Made by a program: the position numbers and the translations under genes. Below are positions 52,198 through 63,505 of a stretch of DNA of 64,000 bases, piece after piece. The DNA is taken from assembly GCA_004764695.1 (NCBI GenBank), contig SMSO01000014.1, positions 429,648 to 493,647 of the forward strand. Direction: 5' to 3'. Each line of letters opens with the position of its first letter. Positions within the stretch are counted from its first letter, which is position 1. The notes below the pieces were generated by a model. It was not told the origin of the DNA and did no database searches. It saw nothing but the letters and a program-made list of their open reading frames with translations. Origin of the DNA: Schizochytrium sp. TIO01 (Eukaryota > Protista > Bigyra: Labyrinthulomycetes).

Positions 52198-54939
52198 TTA
52201 TGGATAGGTGAAGGCACTTGTCACGCGCGCAGATTGAAAAGTCCAATCAAGAATCTCATGAGCCTGCCAGAAACCATCCCCAGTTGCAGCGGTGAAACCA
52301 ACCCAGGCTCGACCACTTTGCAGCTCCATTATAGCATCAAGATTCACCATCGTCACGAGCACTGGTCGATGCAAATCATCTATATAAACCTTTAAGGACC
52401 CTACAGCAAAGCTCCATGCAACATCCGTGGTCATCAAGTTTGCAACTTGAGCAGACGCTACAAAACTTGGGTTAACCAAATCTTGTTCGTCAAAGCGCGG
52501 CGAGTACTCTATTTTCACTCGATGCGATCCCTGTGTTAAATCGGTAACCTTCACTGATGAGGCAAGCTCCAGGTTATGACCTGCTGTTACGGATGACTCC
52601 TTCTCTGTAGCAAATACAGCAATGTGATTCTCGTAAGGATCACGCATCTCAGGATTGTGAAATGTGTCAAATTCGACGGCGATTGCATTAGTCATGCCAG
52701 CAAACCCCATTCCCATACCGCTTTCACCAAGTGCGTTCTCCCCATCAGTTTGGATAACAAATGCAAGGCCATCTGCCCCGCGGCTTCGACAATGAGTTGA
52801 CTCATCGTCCATAATCGTACAGGTGAGAGAAGGATTACTTATACGGAAAGTAAACTCTGTCACAAAGCCTTCGCGAACATTCATTTGCCGAGGGTACCAT
52901 GCAGCCCCAGAAGTACGCGGTCGAGATGGAGTTAAACGCAATGCTGGGCCACACGAAGGTAATGGTTTATTACCTACCCCATCACTTGTTGCTGTGGCCG
53001 CAAGATCCTCTGGCCGAGGAGGGCCGACGTAGAGTGCATCAAGGTCATCTTGATCATTGCTGGGCTCCTCCCGATCTGAAACAAAGTTTACATAATCAGG
53101 ATCAATGCCAACAGTCGAGGAGCTTGAGACACATATGATTTCACAAGTTCCGTTCAGAGAATAATCACAGCACGCAGTTGATGCATTGCAATTTTCAAGC
53201 TGCGCGTTGCCAACAAGACGCAACCCGTAATGGCCCTCGCCTCCAGAATTTCTCGATGGACCAACCATCGTACGATTGTCAGATGGCCCGTCATCCAGAG
53301 TAAGGCCTGCTGAAAACTTGCTAAACGCTACATCTTCAGCAAGAGTAGTTACAATCTCCGTCAAATTAGATGCAAGGCTCTCGACAAATCCAGTCACTAA
53401 GCCTCTTCGCCCATATAAATCTACCTCATCCCAAGTCGAGTTGCGGACATCTTCAACAAGGGCTTTTAGAGCAAAACGATAATTTCGTGAAGGTTCTAAG
53501 TTTACAACAGAAGTTGAAGTCACATTTCCAACGACGTCTTGACGAAGAATAATATATCGGTCTTCTCGATCGCTAGGCAAACGCCCAGGAACATTGTCTT
53601 TGTAATATGGGTCCCAAGGTTCAATGTATACTACAACCATATAACCTGTCACAGTCGCTGCGTCCCAATAATTCTCTGGAGCATTCCAATACAGATCAAC
53701 AGCCCGTGCACCTAAGTTGGCAATCCCTGGCGCTAATAATGGTTGTGGAGCTGGTACCACATACGAGAGATAATGTTTTATATCTGAGAGAGTTCGGTAG
53801 TCTGGTTGCCAAACTTGCACAGGGACACGGTCAATGTACTCTGTCTTATTAGTGGAAGGTAATGAGCACTCTAGTACGCGCTCGTCTTCGACCATAACTA
53901 CATTTGAACAAATTTGGCCATCGATCGTGACGGTATTCCACTCGGGATTGTTGATCCCATTGTCCTCAAGTGCGTCCACCACACTTGAATACAATGTTTC
54001 ATAGTTGCCAAAATTCTTTCCCGTTATTCGAATTCGTGTCTCTGTTGCTGAAGCTCGAGGGCAGTTGAATGTTGTTGCATATCTATATTTCTCATCTGCG
54101 GTCCCAAATGTTGAACGATACAAAAGGTGCCCGTCTGCATTGCTTGGGATCGCCTCAATCGCTACTGAGTTTGTGCCATTTGCATGGCCTCCCCGAAAAA
54201 CGTACTCGCTATCGCTGGCACGACGTGCAATTTGGGATGACGCAAAAGGTACGGGTTTCTCATCGAAATACTTATTCAAGCAGCCCTCTACTTTTTCGAT
54301 TGTCGGAGCTGTCACAATCCTGATCCAATCAATGGTAAAGGTTGAATAAGTTTCGTCAAATGTAGTTTCATCATCAACCTGGATCGGGAAAAGCCTGAAT
54401 TGGATGACAACTCCCTGGATCTTTTCATGAATTCTTGCCTTAATGATGTGATATCTGCCATCTGGGTAAACCTCTTCGTCAAACTTGACACTAACAATGC
54501 GAGCAAGACCACGACCAAAGGCCCTCGGCAATGCCTGAAAATCCTCGCTATAGCTAATGGGGTCCATGAGCCGTACGTCAACCCTTGCTCCTCGAGGTAC
54601 CTGACCATCATGTTTGATACGCATGAGTACTGTGTGCTTGTCATCCGCGTCCAGCTTGAAAATTGGCGAATCAAACCTAGGTAGTCGGTCCGAGCGAGGA
54701 ACTCTACCACGCAGTTCGCCTCCTTCAACATAAACTTGAGCTCCGATTTCTTCCCACGTTGATTGTGCCCAGCCGTCGAGATCATTCGTGAAGTCCCACG
54801 AAGCTACCACGTGATCTGGCAAACTTTGCTCTGAGTGTGCCTCCGAAGCAGGCCACGCAATCATTAACTGCATCAAAAGCACCAGCAAGCTAAGTCTGGC
54901 CTTACTTGAATTCCCCACACGCCTTGGTCTAAAATTCAT
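52198..54939 (-). CDS. Secreted multidomain lectin: CBM-like beta-sandwich, IPT/TIG, fibronectin III, legume (L-type) lectin
   Basis: Signal-like LSLLVLLMQLMIAWPASEA after ATG 54939 (frame open to 55194); ITGKNFG; FN3 W...TGY...NLEPSRNYRF; lectin LRLTP..GAAWY, GADGLAFVIQ, AVEFDT, AWVGFTAATG. Confidence 0.85.
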   Translation of the reverse strand: MNFRPRRVGNSSKARLSLLVLLMQLMIAWPASEAHSEQSLPDHVVASWDFTNDLDGWAQSTWEEIGAQVYVEGGELRGRVPRSDRLPRFDSPIFKLDADDKHTVLMRIKHDGQVPRGARVDVRLMDPISYSEDFQALPRAFGRGLARIVSVKFDEEVYPDGRYHIIKARIHEKIQGVVIQFRLFPIQVDDETTFDETYSTFTIDWIRIVTAPTIEKVEGCLNKYFDEKPVPFASSQIARRASDSEYVFRGGHANGTNSVAIEAIPSNADGHLLYRSTFGTADEKYRYATTFNCPRASATETRIRITGKNFGNYETLYSSVVDALEDNGINNPEWNTVTIDGQICSNVVMVEDERVLECSLPSTNKTEYIDRVPVQVWQPDYRTLSDIKHYLSYVVPAPQPLLAPGIANLGARAVDLYWNAPENYWDAATVTGYMVVVYIEPWDPYYKDNVPGRLPSDREDRYIILRQDVVGNVTSTSVVNLEPSRNYRFALKALVEDVRNSTWDEVDLYGRRGLVTGFVESLASNLTEIVTTLAEDVAFSKFSAGLTLDDGPSDNRTMVGPSRNSGGEGHYGLRLVGNAQLENCNASTACCDYSLNGTCEIICVSSSSTVGIDPDYVNFVSDREEPSNDQDDLDALYVGPPRPEDLAATATSDGVGNKPLPSCGPALRLTPSRPRTSGAAWYPRQMNVREGFVTEFTFRISNPSLTCTIMDDESTHCRSRGADGLAFVIQTDGENALGESGMGMGFAGMTNAIAVEFDTFHNPEMRDPYENHIAVFATEKESSVTAGHNLELASSVKVTDLTQGSHRVKIEYSPRFDEQDLVNPSFVASAQVANLMTTDVAWSFAVGSLKVYIDDLHRPVLVTMVNLDAIMELQSGRAWVGFTAATGDGFWQAHEILDWTFQSARVTSAFTYP

Positions 54940-55533
54940 TCCTATTTTAAGTCCAAGTGCTTGGTTCTTGTGCTTTGCTCTGTATTCCGGGGCTACCGCG
55001 AAGATCAAGTTGATCCACTCCAACAACCCCTGTGCCCACCGAGACTTGACACCAGCACATTGTGTTGCCGCAAGCGTATAGAACATCATTGGTACCCTCA
55101 TAGCAGTCCTGGCACTGCTCCTAAGCGCCAAGAGCTCGCAGATCGAGGTCCGCGGCGCCGCGTTGAGGTCCCAGTTTTGAGTTGTTTGCTCCAACGTCTT
55201 TTCTCCTGCTCGAAGACTTTCTTTATTTTTTTTTAATATTTATTATTTATAATACTAAGTAATACTCATGATCGTTTATAACCTACTTTGAAGTATTACT
55301 AAAATATTTATTTGCTTCTTATAACTCATTTAAGGCCAACATTGACAAGTTAAGAATACTTCCTACAAAGCAACAAATACAAAATTCTGGTGAATATTAA
55401 AAGGGAATACAAACTGGGGTGGCACAAATTAAGGACTCGAATACGTCAAACGGTCGCAAGGTGAAGACAAGAACTTGCGATCAAATCGTGTTTAGAGGCG
55501 GCCAGGTTCGGCCTGGAGGTCACTAAAAGGGTC

Positions 55534-57855
55534 ATGGACGCCATGGATGGCGGTGCTGTGCCAAGTTTGAGCGAGCTGTGTGCTCGGGCAATGCTGGAGA
55601 GCCCGGGCTTGTCGGTGGAAACAAAGCTTGCGGTGCTGGACAGGCTGAAGAACCTGAGCAAAGCGCGAAGCGATGCTTTAGAACGTGAAGTTGAAGAATG
55701 GGCACATTCCAGGATTAGATCAAAGGCATTAAAAGCTGCTCCGAAAAGAAGGCATCGCGAGCAGAAGTCGTCATCAGCCAAATCCGTAGGAGAAAGAAAC
55801 CTCGTCGATGGCAACAAAGATGCTGTAAACCTTGACCAAAATTTCACAACTAGAAGTGAAGCTAGATGGGGTGCGAAATTAGACAATCGCCAGGAATCTA
55901 AGAGCTCGCCAAATGAAGGCAATCAAAATGTTCAAAGTGCCAGACCTGAAAGAAGTAACTCAAAGGCCGCGAAAATCACACGAAAATCTCGAGGAACGCG
56001 CCCGGAAAGCGATAGGGACGAGACAGAACGTGAGAAGAAATTGCAGGATGCAGAACATGTTGATGAAGACGATGCAAGAGAAGTATTAGCACAAGCAGAT
56101 GCCCAAGCAGATCGCGAGGAAGCTTTAAAGTATAAGCTTGCCTCGGAAGCGGCAAAGCGCCGTAGGAAAGCACTTCAGGAGGTTTTTGAATGGAAACAGC
56201 GGTACACCAAGCTCGCGCACCAAGTTCAAGTGATTGACCGTGAACGCCAAGCTATTCTTCGTATGGCACGTAGCGAACTAGAAGACGAAGCAGCAGAATT
56301 GGCAAAATATGAAGTAGATCGAGAACGAAAAACGCACGAGATGGCAAGGGATATATCTAATCAACTGGATAAGGCCCGGTGGGCGGTTGGACGTATGGCT
56401 TCTACAGTTGCGGAGATGGGATCCGGAGATGCATATTTACAAGCTGTGGAGCAACAAATGGACCAAGCAGAATCACTTATATCTGGATTTAAAGTGTCTC
56501 AGCGCGAGGCCTTTGATAAACTCGTGGAAAAAGAGGCTGTTCTGACACAGGAAATTGAACATTTGGCGTCACGATTTGAGCTTGAGCAAGACCAGGACCG
56601 TGCATCAAAGAGGCTTGCTGCACAAGAGAAAAGGAAGATAACCCCAAGAGGGGACTCCAGCGTTCCGGAAAGCCGAAGTCCGCTGTCCGCAGCTTTAAGG
56701 AGTCCCCATGGACCCAAGTTAAAAAGTCGAATTGATGCAATCGATTTAGAGATTGCTGATCGAGGCGGGTCAACTGGACATTGGGACAGTCGAGACCACA
56801 CTGAATTTCTTCGTTTTGTTTCTCGTCTAAAAGTACCGGAGGCAAGTTTGGTTCAGTTCTCTCAGCACAAGGACGGGGCTAACAGCAAGGTGCAAGACAA
56901 AGGCAGTTCGAATATTACTGACAAAAGCATTAGTAGACTTATTGATAAGGCTGGACTAGAGCTCCCTGGTAAAGACGAAACAGCTGTACGAGAGCATGTG
57001 TACTGGTATGGCCACTACCTTCGCTTACTTGCAGAGAAAAAGCGTGTTGTGCGCGAGTGGAAAGCATCGAAAGGCGCGGGAAGGCTAGGTTTGGTCAACA
57101 AGGAGCAGACCAACCCAAATGCAAACAATCCAAAATCTGCCTGTCAAGGCTCTCCTCACTCTAAGACGCCAGAAGAAGTCATCGTTGAGCGGAAAGAACG
57201 TGAACGTTTGCAACGTCGAGAACGCGAAGACAAGCGTCGCGCTGTAGAGGAGTGGAAAGCAGCGCGGCGAGCGGAGAAACGAAAGGAGATTGCAGCCAAG
57301 GAAGCTGAAGAACGTGCTCTTCGAGAGCAGCGCGCAAATGAAATCCAACGACGCAGGGATGAGAAGGAACAGATTGCAATTTTTAAACTACAACGCGAGG
57401 CTGAAAGGGATCGTCAGAAGAGACTCCAAGAGTCTGCGGAACAAGACGCCCGTCAGCACGAACTGCAATTGGCAAGCCTAAGTCTAAAAGAGCGTCAAGC
57501 CCGTGACTTAGCTATTGCAACACAGCGTCGAATGATTAATAAACACAAGCGCGAGTCGGAGAATCTCGACCGTGCCTCACAAATTCAATCTCTCAAAGTG
57601 AAACCTGCAGTCCGTCCAGGCTTTGAGCAAAAGCTCAAGACGCATAGTGCTCTAACCGAAACAACAGCAGCATACAATTTAAAGAAACTTACGCCAGAAG
57701 AGCTTGGGGAGCTGCAAGAGAGGCGAGCAAGTACAAGAGCTCATGACATGGCTGTTCCAAGTTCTGCTGCAGCTGCCTTAGGTGGGCGGAGCTATGCAAT
57801 TGGTGTTAAGAATCTTGTCGGTGGGCGAGCATCTGCATCATGGCGAGCATCTTAG
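55534..57855 (+). CDS. CCDC112-like coiled-coil protein
   Basis: GGSTGHWDSRDHTEFLR...LPGKD..VREHVYWY..YL.L...KK.VV.EWK pattern and long charged coiled coils. Confidence 0.72.
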   Translation: MDAMDGGAVPSLSELCARAMLESPGLSVETKLAVLDRLKNLSKARSDALEREVEEWAHSRIRSKALKAAPKRRHREQKSSSAKSVGERNLVDGNKDAVNLDQNFTTRSEARWGAKLDNRQESKSSPNEGNQNVQSARPERSNSKAAKITRKSRGTRPESDRDETEREKKLQDAEHVDEDDAREVLAQADAQADREEALKYKLASEAAKRRRKALQEVFEWKQRYTKLAHQVQVIDRERQAILRMARSELEDEAAELAKYEVDRERKTHEMARDISNQLDKARWAVGRMASTVAEMGSGDAYLQAVEQQMDQAESLISGFKVSQREAFDKLVEKEAVLTQEIEHLASRFELEQDQDRASKRLAAQEKRKITPRGDSSVPESRSPLSAALRSPHGPKLKSRIDAIDLEIADRGGSTGHWDSRDHTEFLRFVSRLKVPEASLVQFSQHKDGANSKVQDKGSSNITDKSISRLIDKAGLELPGKDETAVREHVYWYGHYLRLLAEKKRVVREWKASKGAGRLGLVNKEQTNPNANNPKSACQGSPHSKTPEEVIVERKERERLQRREREDKRRAVEEWKAARRAEKRKEIAAKEAEERALREQRANEIQRRRDEKEQIAIFKLQREAERDRQKRLQESAEQDARQHELQLASLSLKERQARDLAIATQRRMINKHKRESENLDRASQIQSLKVKPAVRPGFEQKLKTHSALTETTAAYNLKKLTPEELGELQERRASTRAHDMAVPSSAAAALGGRSYAIGVKNLVGGRASASWRAS

Positions 57856-58597
57856 AAACTCTTTGATGCTTGATATTCTAGAGGTATAGAGATCTAGTTC
57901 TTCGTCTTGGTTTCTGTTATGAAGGGGCTGGCTATCTATCATTACAAACCGCATTCTTACAAGTGAACAGGTGTCTAACCTCGTCGTCTTAGCTATTACT
58001 GTACTATATTTATTATTATTTTTCTCTCTCTTTTCCTGGGTTCAATGATCTTTCGTAAACAAGCAAAGTTTATGGACTTCAGTGCATGTCGTTCTTTCCA
58101 CCTCAACGCCTATTATTATGGTGCTACTGTTAGACTTACTTTCAAAATCTTTCATAATTTCCAACAGTAAAGGAGGGTTTCTGTTCTTATAGTCGCAACG
58201 CTCTCCTCCGCCTTCTTTCTTTAGCACCACTGTTTTGTTGATGCAGCCCTGTCTTTTGATCCGTAATAAAAAAATAAATAAAAATAGAACGTGTTGCATG
58301 ATTTCTATAAAGAGAGGTCCGTTACGAAGCTCAGTGTTGAAAATGTGTGTACTGATCATTCAAGAGTGACTAGCTGAGAGCGGAGAGGTTCTCTATTTCT
58401 TAGTATACCGAATCCGCAAAATAGGACGAGGAAGTATAGGATAGTCTTGGGCAGCTCTGCCAACTGTAAAATTATTACTGTGTGGTAGAATACATTCTAG
58501 TAGCCGCTTGCTTCAGCAGGTTTTAAAAATAAGTATCTGATAGGTGGCCAGCAAAGATCAATTGACGTTGGAAGCTTTCGCGTAAGAGGCAGCCGTG

Positions 58598-61500
58598 ATG
58601 CTATCGGATGAGCAAGCTTGCGAGCATCGTGGGCCTGAGCCTTCTGACAGAGTGAGGTCGAAAGGGAAGCTACCTTTCTATTGTGACACAGAAACTGCAC
58701 AACATGTTGAAGTAGCTACTAGCTCGAAATATCACTATGAAATTGAGCAAGAACAGAGTTCGCAAAGACATTTGCAGGGAGCCAAGAGCAGCGCTTGGTA
58801 TCTTCAAGAGAGAGAGGGAGATTGTGCGTCAGTCTTACCTCTAAAGGAGCGTGAGATTCTTCTTGCAGAAACTCGAAAATTAGCTGAGGAGAAATCCGCT
58901 GCCCAAATGCGAGTAGCTCAACTTGAAAACGAGCTGATGATTCGCAATTTGCGTGTCGAATCTCTCGAAAAAGACAATGACCATGCCCTTAACGCATTAG
59001 AAACATGCCGTGAGGATGTTCGAAGGTGCAAGGTGGATCTTGATACATTCTTAAAAAAAACAAAGAAGGAGATGACAAAGGCCAGTCGTGAAACAGTTAG
59101 CGGACGAGAGCTGCCATGGGAATCTAATGGGCCTTTTATCAGAACGATTGCTGATAAGATAACTGTTGAACGTGAGAAACGGATGAATCTAGCTAGGAAG
59201 GTGAAAGTATGGGAGCAATTCTGTGATGTTGAGAGAGGCATAGAGCAAGTTGAGCTGCAAGCAGACGAGGCTCACGCGTCTGTACTTCACGGTCAAGAAG
59301 TTATTCTTTCAAAGGTTGCTCAACTCTTAGCTGACGAGACCCAAAAAGCACGACAGCAACTTCAAGAAGCACAGGCAAGCTTGTGGTATTTAACTATTGA
59401 ACGACGCGCTGACCAAGCAAGATCTCAGCACAGCATCATGGCTCATGATGACTCATTGCAGAGAAAACTTGTTACAATACAGGGTATAGCTGCATCCGAA
59501 GCAGCAGCGCTAAAGAAACGAATGCAAGAATATACCGATACACTTGCCATAGCGCGCCAGGAGATGGAAAAGTCATTCAAAAGGAGGCTTGAAAAGGCAA
59601 AAGAGAACTTTGAAAACGAACTGAGGCGGAAAGATGCTGAAAAAAAAATTCAAGAGAACATGTTAAACACGCAAAGGATTAATGCAGAGGCCCAGATGGC
59701 ACAGAAACATGAATCCAACATCCGTGAGATCCAAGCAAAGTATGAAATACAGTTGAAAACTTTGCGGGAGGAACTTGAAATATCACATAAGCAATCCGTG
59801 CAGGGTATTCAAGAACAGCATCAGGCAGATATGGAGGAGTTAGGTATTCTCTTTGAGGAGCGAAAAGAGCAGGCACGTCTGGATTTCCATGGACAAATCA
59901 TTAAATTAAAAGCCTCTCACGAGCGAGAACTTTCAGAAAAACTAGAAGAAAACTTCCATGAGCAAGCATCCAAGCACAAACAGGAAATCACTACCTTGCA
60001 GAATAAACATGAAGACTTAATTTCACAGATGCAAAAGCGTTACGAACAGCGGCTTGAGCAAGATCGACGGAAAGCTCGTCAGCGCGAGACTAATATCCGT
60101 GCTGAACTCAATTTGCAGCTTGATAAGAAAGTGAAATCACATGAGGATATCCTGAGAAGTATTAAAAGCGAACACTCAGCTGAAATGAAGTCTACCTTGA
60201 AAGGTCATGCACAAGAGCTCACAAACCTTCATCAGAAGTTTGCCACCTCACTTTCCAAACAGGCAAAGGAAATGGAAATTGCTGTTGGAGAGGCCAGATC
60301 ACAAGCGCTCTTAAATGCAGAATCCTCAAACCTTAAAGACAAACAGCGCATTGAGCATGACTTCGAGGAGAGGTTTACGAAGAATCAAGAAACGCATCAG
60401 AAGAACTTGAACTCAATTTTGCAAAGACATCAAGAGGACTTAAAAGGACTGAATGCTAAAATTGAGGAACTGAAGCATGAAAAACAAGATATTTTGGATA
60501 AACTCGCAGACGCAGATGTACGGCTCAATGCTGTACAACAAGAGTCCAGCTTTACCGCAACAAGAGCACAAGAGCGATACGAAAGCAAAATCATAGAGCT
60601 TGAAGAACAGGCTGCTCTGCGCACACATAGCGAGACGCTTCGAATGCAGAAGCTTCATCAAGAAGAGATCAGTCGCCTTTTAGTTGAACATGAACGCGAA
60701 AGTCAACAAGTTAAACTTGAAAGCGAAAGGCGTGTAAAATTGTTACAGCGAGAGATTGAGCTAAATGTGCAAACAGAATCTCTCAAGGAGCGTACGAGAC
60801 AAGAGCAACGAATTGATGAACTGCAGGAACAACTCCGTGCTTCGGAAGCCGCTCTCGAAGCACAGAAGAGACGCGCTGACGAACAATTTGAAAAAACACA
60901 AGATCAGATTGGGTCCCGCTTGGAGGAGGCTCAAGTAGCTTATGACGCCGCCCTGACTGAAAATCTCACCAATAGTTTTAAAGTTTTGACCGAGAGACTT
61001 CAACAGCCACCAGAAGCTGGGCTGGAAGCGAACCTGCACGAAACACTAGATTCCCCAACGACGATGCAATCAACACTTACTGCGTTCATTCGACGAATCG
61101 AAGTTCTCATACGGAATCAGCACAATGAATGGCACGAGCAAAAGCTAGTAGAGCAGACAAAGAATCTTGAGCAAGCCTTTGACAAAAAGGCTGCTGATTT
61201 AGAGATGGCAAACCACCAAACAGTAACTGATCTTCGAGACAAGGTGGCAAGACTGGAGTCAGAGCTTGACATTAGGGTTGAAGTTCAGCGTCAAGCCTTG
61301 CGTGAGGTCGAGACTAGACATTCTCAGCGCTTAAAAGAGTATGAGGCCGAAAGCGAAGTAAGGCAGCACAAAGCTGATCAAAAAGCTCAAGATTTGAAGC
61401 AGGAGCTTGCTACAGCTCAGGCACAGTTAATTAGTCTCCAAAGTGATTATGAGCAAAACTATGTCAAAAAGCAAGAGCAACAAGAAGAGCAACAGCGACT

Positions 61501-63349
61501 TCGGGATGTTCTTCGGAAAGCAACCGATGGTCAGGCCTTGGCTATATCTGAGTGGAAAAACAATAGTGAGAGACTTCAAGCTGCCTACAACGAGCTCTTG
61601 CATCGATCGGAGGTTAGTTCAAGGAAGCACTTTGATGAATATGCCGCATTGGAGAAACTCGTAGCTGAGATTCGTGTCCGGGAGAATAATCTTCATATTG
61701 AACTAGAAGAGTTGAAAAATAACTCGCAGGCTACCGAAAGTAAACTTTGCTTAGAACTTGAAGTAATACGAGCAGAGGCCCGATCCTACCAAGAGAAGCT
61801 TGAATTTGAGCTTGAGAAGTCAAGAGAAGAATCCCAGAATAGAGGAGAACAACATACGTTAGAGCTAGAAGCTCTGGCAGCTGAGTATCAAGCTAAAGAA
61901 AACGAGTATGTTGGAAAAATAGACAATATGATGATACAGATTACGTCTAAAGAGGATGCACTAGCTTTAGCGCTCGAATCTAATAAGGCTGAGCTCCAGA
62001 CACGAGAAAGCGAGCATATGCGCAAGCTAAATGACTTGAGGATGGAGTTCGAGGTTCGTGAAAAAGACCTCTGTACTGAAATTCAACAGGTCAAATCAGA
62101 ACTTGCGAATGCTCAGAAAGCTGCCAGCGAATCTTTGATAAGGCAAGCTGAGGAACTCACTGCCACATTCGAAAAGAATCTTCAGGCTGCCTTGGCAGAT
62201 GCTGTTGAACAACAATCTTCTAGCGAAGAAGTACTACGCGAAAATCATAACAAGGTGCTAGCTGAGTCTAAGAACCAGTTAGAACATAAAATCAAAACCC
62301 TTTCTACAGAGCTTTCAAAGGTACACGCTGAATACGAAGAGACAATTCAAAATGTCGATTCGACATATAAGAATCAAATATCGGAACTCAAAGAGTCCCT
62401 TGAGAAGACAACCCAGGCGCATCAGCAAGACCTAGAAGACCAAGCACAGAAGTTTAAGCAAGAAAAACAGCGTCAGACGGTAGCGCATGAAGCTGCCCTC
62501 AAGGCTTTTTGCATGTCACATGATGTCGAAAGGCGCTTAGAAATTGAAGAACTTTGTGAAAGCCATGACGCTACCATGGATGTTTTTCGGCAGCAACATG
62601 AACAAGAGCTGGACCGGCTTCATGGAGAACATGACCTGTTGAAATCGCGTCTCGGCCCTGAGCCTAATGAGGAAAATGAAAGATTCTCAACTGCACATCC
62701 GGAACAAGCAACACTGGGATATGAAGATTGCAATGGAGAGTCTCGCGAAGAGTTTAGCCATGAAAAAGATGAGATCGATCAGTACGAGAAACTTTCAGAA
62801 TTTGAACCAGGAGAAGCTCCACGCATGACCTCCAAGATGAGTAATAACGAGCAGGGCCATACTGGATATGCCATGGATCTCGAAGCCTACGATGATGATT
62901 ACATCTTCGAAAGTAAAAGCTCAGATGCTGTGAAGGAAGTCAAAGAAAGCGATGACTCAACGTTGACTAAACGTGAGATGAAACAAACTACGAAGAAAGG
63001 CAAACACCATTTCTTAAAAACTTCGCGTAGCAAACTGTCCAGCTTTGGTGCTGGACCTGCTAAGAAGACAGCACCTCTTTCAAGTGAAGAGAGACGAAGT
63101 TCTACGCATGCTAAAAACAAATGTCATCCCGAAGGAGAATGCCACCTTGATTCTGTGGATGATGCTGTCGAGACAGAGGAAAACAATGAATCGGATGAGG
63201 ATGAAGATATTGAAGAGGATGGATCAAATAACTCATCTAAGCCTATTAGAAGACGCCGGTATAGCTTACTTCTCCAAGCTGACCTTCGTCACCACTTAGC
63301 TGCTAAGCGTCAGTACGCATTTGATATGATCATGGGTCACCGAAAATGA
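58598..63349 (+). CDS. Very long coiled-coil protein (~1,580 aa), function unknown
   Basis: Uninterrupted ORF with heptad-rich E/K/Q/L composition and an acidic disordered tail. Confidence 0.85.
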   Translation: MLSDEQACEHRGPEPSDRVRSKGKLPFYCDTETAQHVEVATSSKYHYEIEQEQSSQRHLQGAKSSAWYLQEREGDCASVLPLKEREILLAETRKLAEEKSAAQMRVAQLENELMIRNLRVESLEKDNDHALNALETCREDVRRCKVDLDTFLKKTKKEMTKASRETVSGRELPWESNGPFIRTIADKITVEREKRMNLARKVKVWEQFCDVERGIEQVELQADEAHASVLHGQEVILSKVAQLLADETQKARQQLQEAQASLWYLTIERRADQARSQHSIMAHDDSLQRKLVTIQGIAASEAAALKKRMQEYTDTLAIARQEMEKSFKRRLEKAKENFENELRRKDAEKKIQENMLNTQRINAEAQMAQKHESNIREIQAKYEIQLKTLREELEISHKQSVQGIQEQHQADMEELGILFEERKEQARLDFHGQIIKLKASHERELSEKLEENFHEQASKHKQEITTLQNKHEDLISQMQKRYEQRLEQDRRKARQRETNIRAELNLQLDKKVKSHEDILRSIKSEHSAEMKSTLKGHAQELTNLHQKFATSLSKQAKEMEIAVGEARSQALLNAESSNLKDKQRIEHDFEERFTKNQETHQKNLNSILQRHQEDLKGLNAKIEELKHEKQDILDKLADADVRLNAVQQESSFTATRAQERYESKIIELEEQAALRTHSETLRMQKLHQEEISRLLVEHERESQQVKLESERRVKLLQREIELNVQTESLKERTRQEQRIDELQEQLRASEAALEAQKRRADEQFEKTQDQIGSRLEEAQVAYDAALTENLTNSFKVLTERLQQPPEAGLEANLHETLDSPTTMQSTLTAFIRRIEVLIRNQHNEWHEQKLVEQTKNLEQAFDKKAADLEMANHQTVTDLRDKVARLESELDIRVEVQRQALREVETRHSQRLKEYEAESEVRQHKADQKAQDLKQELATAQAQLISLQSDYEQNYVKKQEQQEEQQRLRDVLRKATDGQALAISEWKNNSERLQAAYNELLHRSEVSSRKHFDEYAALEKLVAEIRVRENNLHIELEELKNNSQATESKLCLELEVIRAEARSYQEKLEFELEKSREESQNRGEQHTLELEALAAEYQAKENEYVGKIDNMMIQITSKEDALALALESNKAELQTRESEHMRKLNDLRMEFEVREKDLCTEIQQVKSELANAQKAASESLIRQAEELTATFEKNLQAALADAVEQQSSSEEVLRENHNKVLAESKNQLEHKIKTLSTELSKVHAEYEETIQNVDSTYKNQISELKESLEKTTQAHQQDLEDQAQKFKQEKQRQTVAHEAALKAFCMSHDVERRLEIEELCESHDATMDVFRQQHEQELDRLHGEHDLLKSRLGPEPNEENERFSTAHPEQATLGYEDCNGESREEFSHEKDEIDQYEKLSEFEPGEAPRMTSKMSNNEQGHTGYAMDLEAYDDDYIFESKSSDAVKEVKESDDSTLTKREMKQTTKKGKHHFLKTSRSKLSSFGAGPAKKTAPLSSEERRSSTHAKNKCHPEGECHLDSVDDAVETEENNESDEDEDIEEDGSNNSSKPIRRRRYSLLLQADLRHHLAAKRQYAFDMIMGHRK

Positions 63350-63505
63350 AGTATTTCTCAAGAGCTAGTTATGGAAAGGAAAAGTAATTGAAAATTTGAT
63401 GTGAAACTAATTTAAAACCCAGGCCGATACACGAGACTATGTTTATGAAAATACTATTATTCTAAATTGTTGCTAAATGATTCTTATAACCGCTTTTTAT
63501 TAAAT

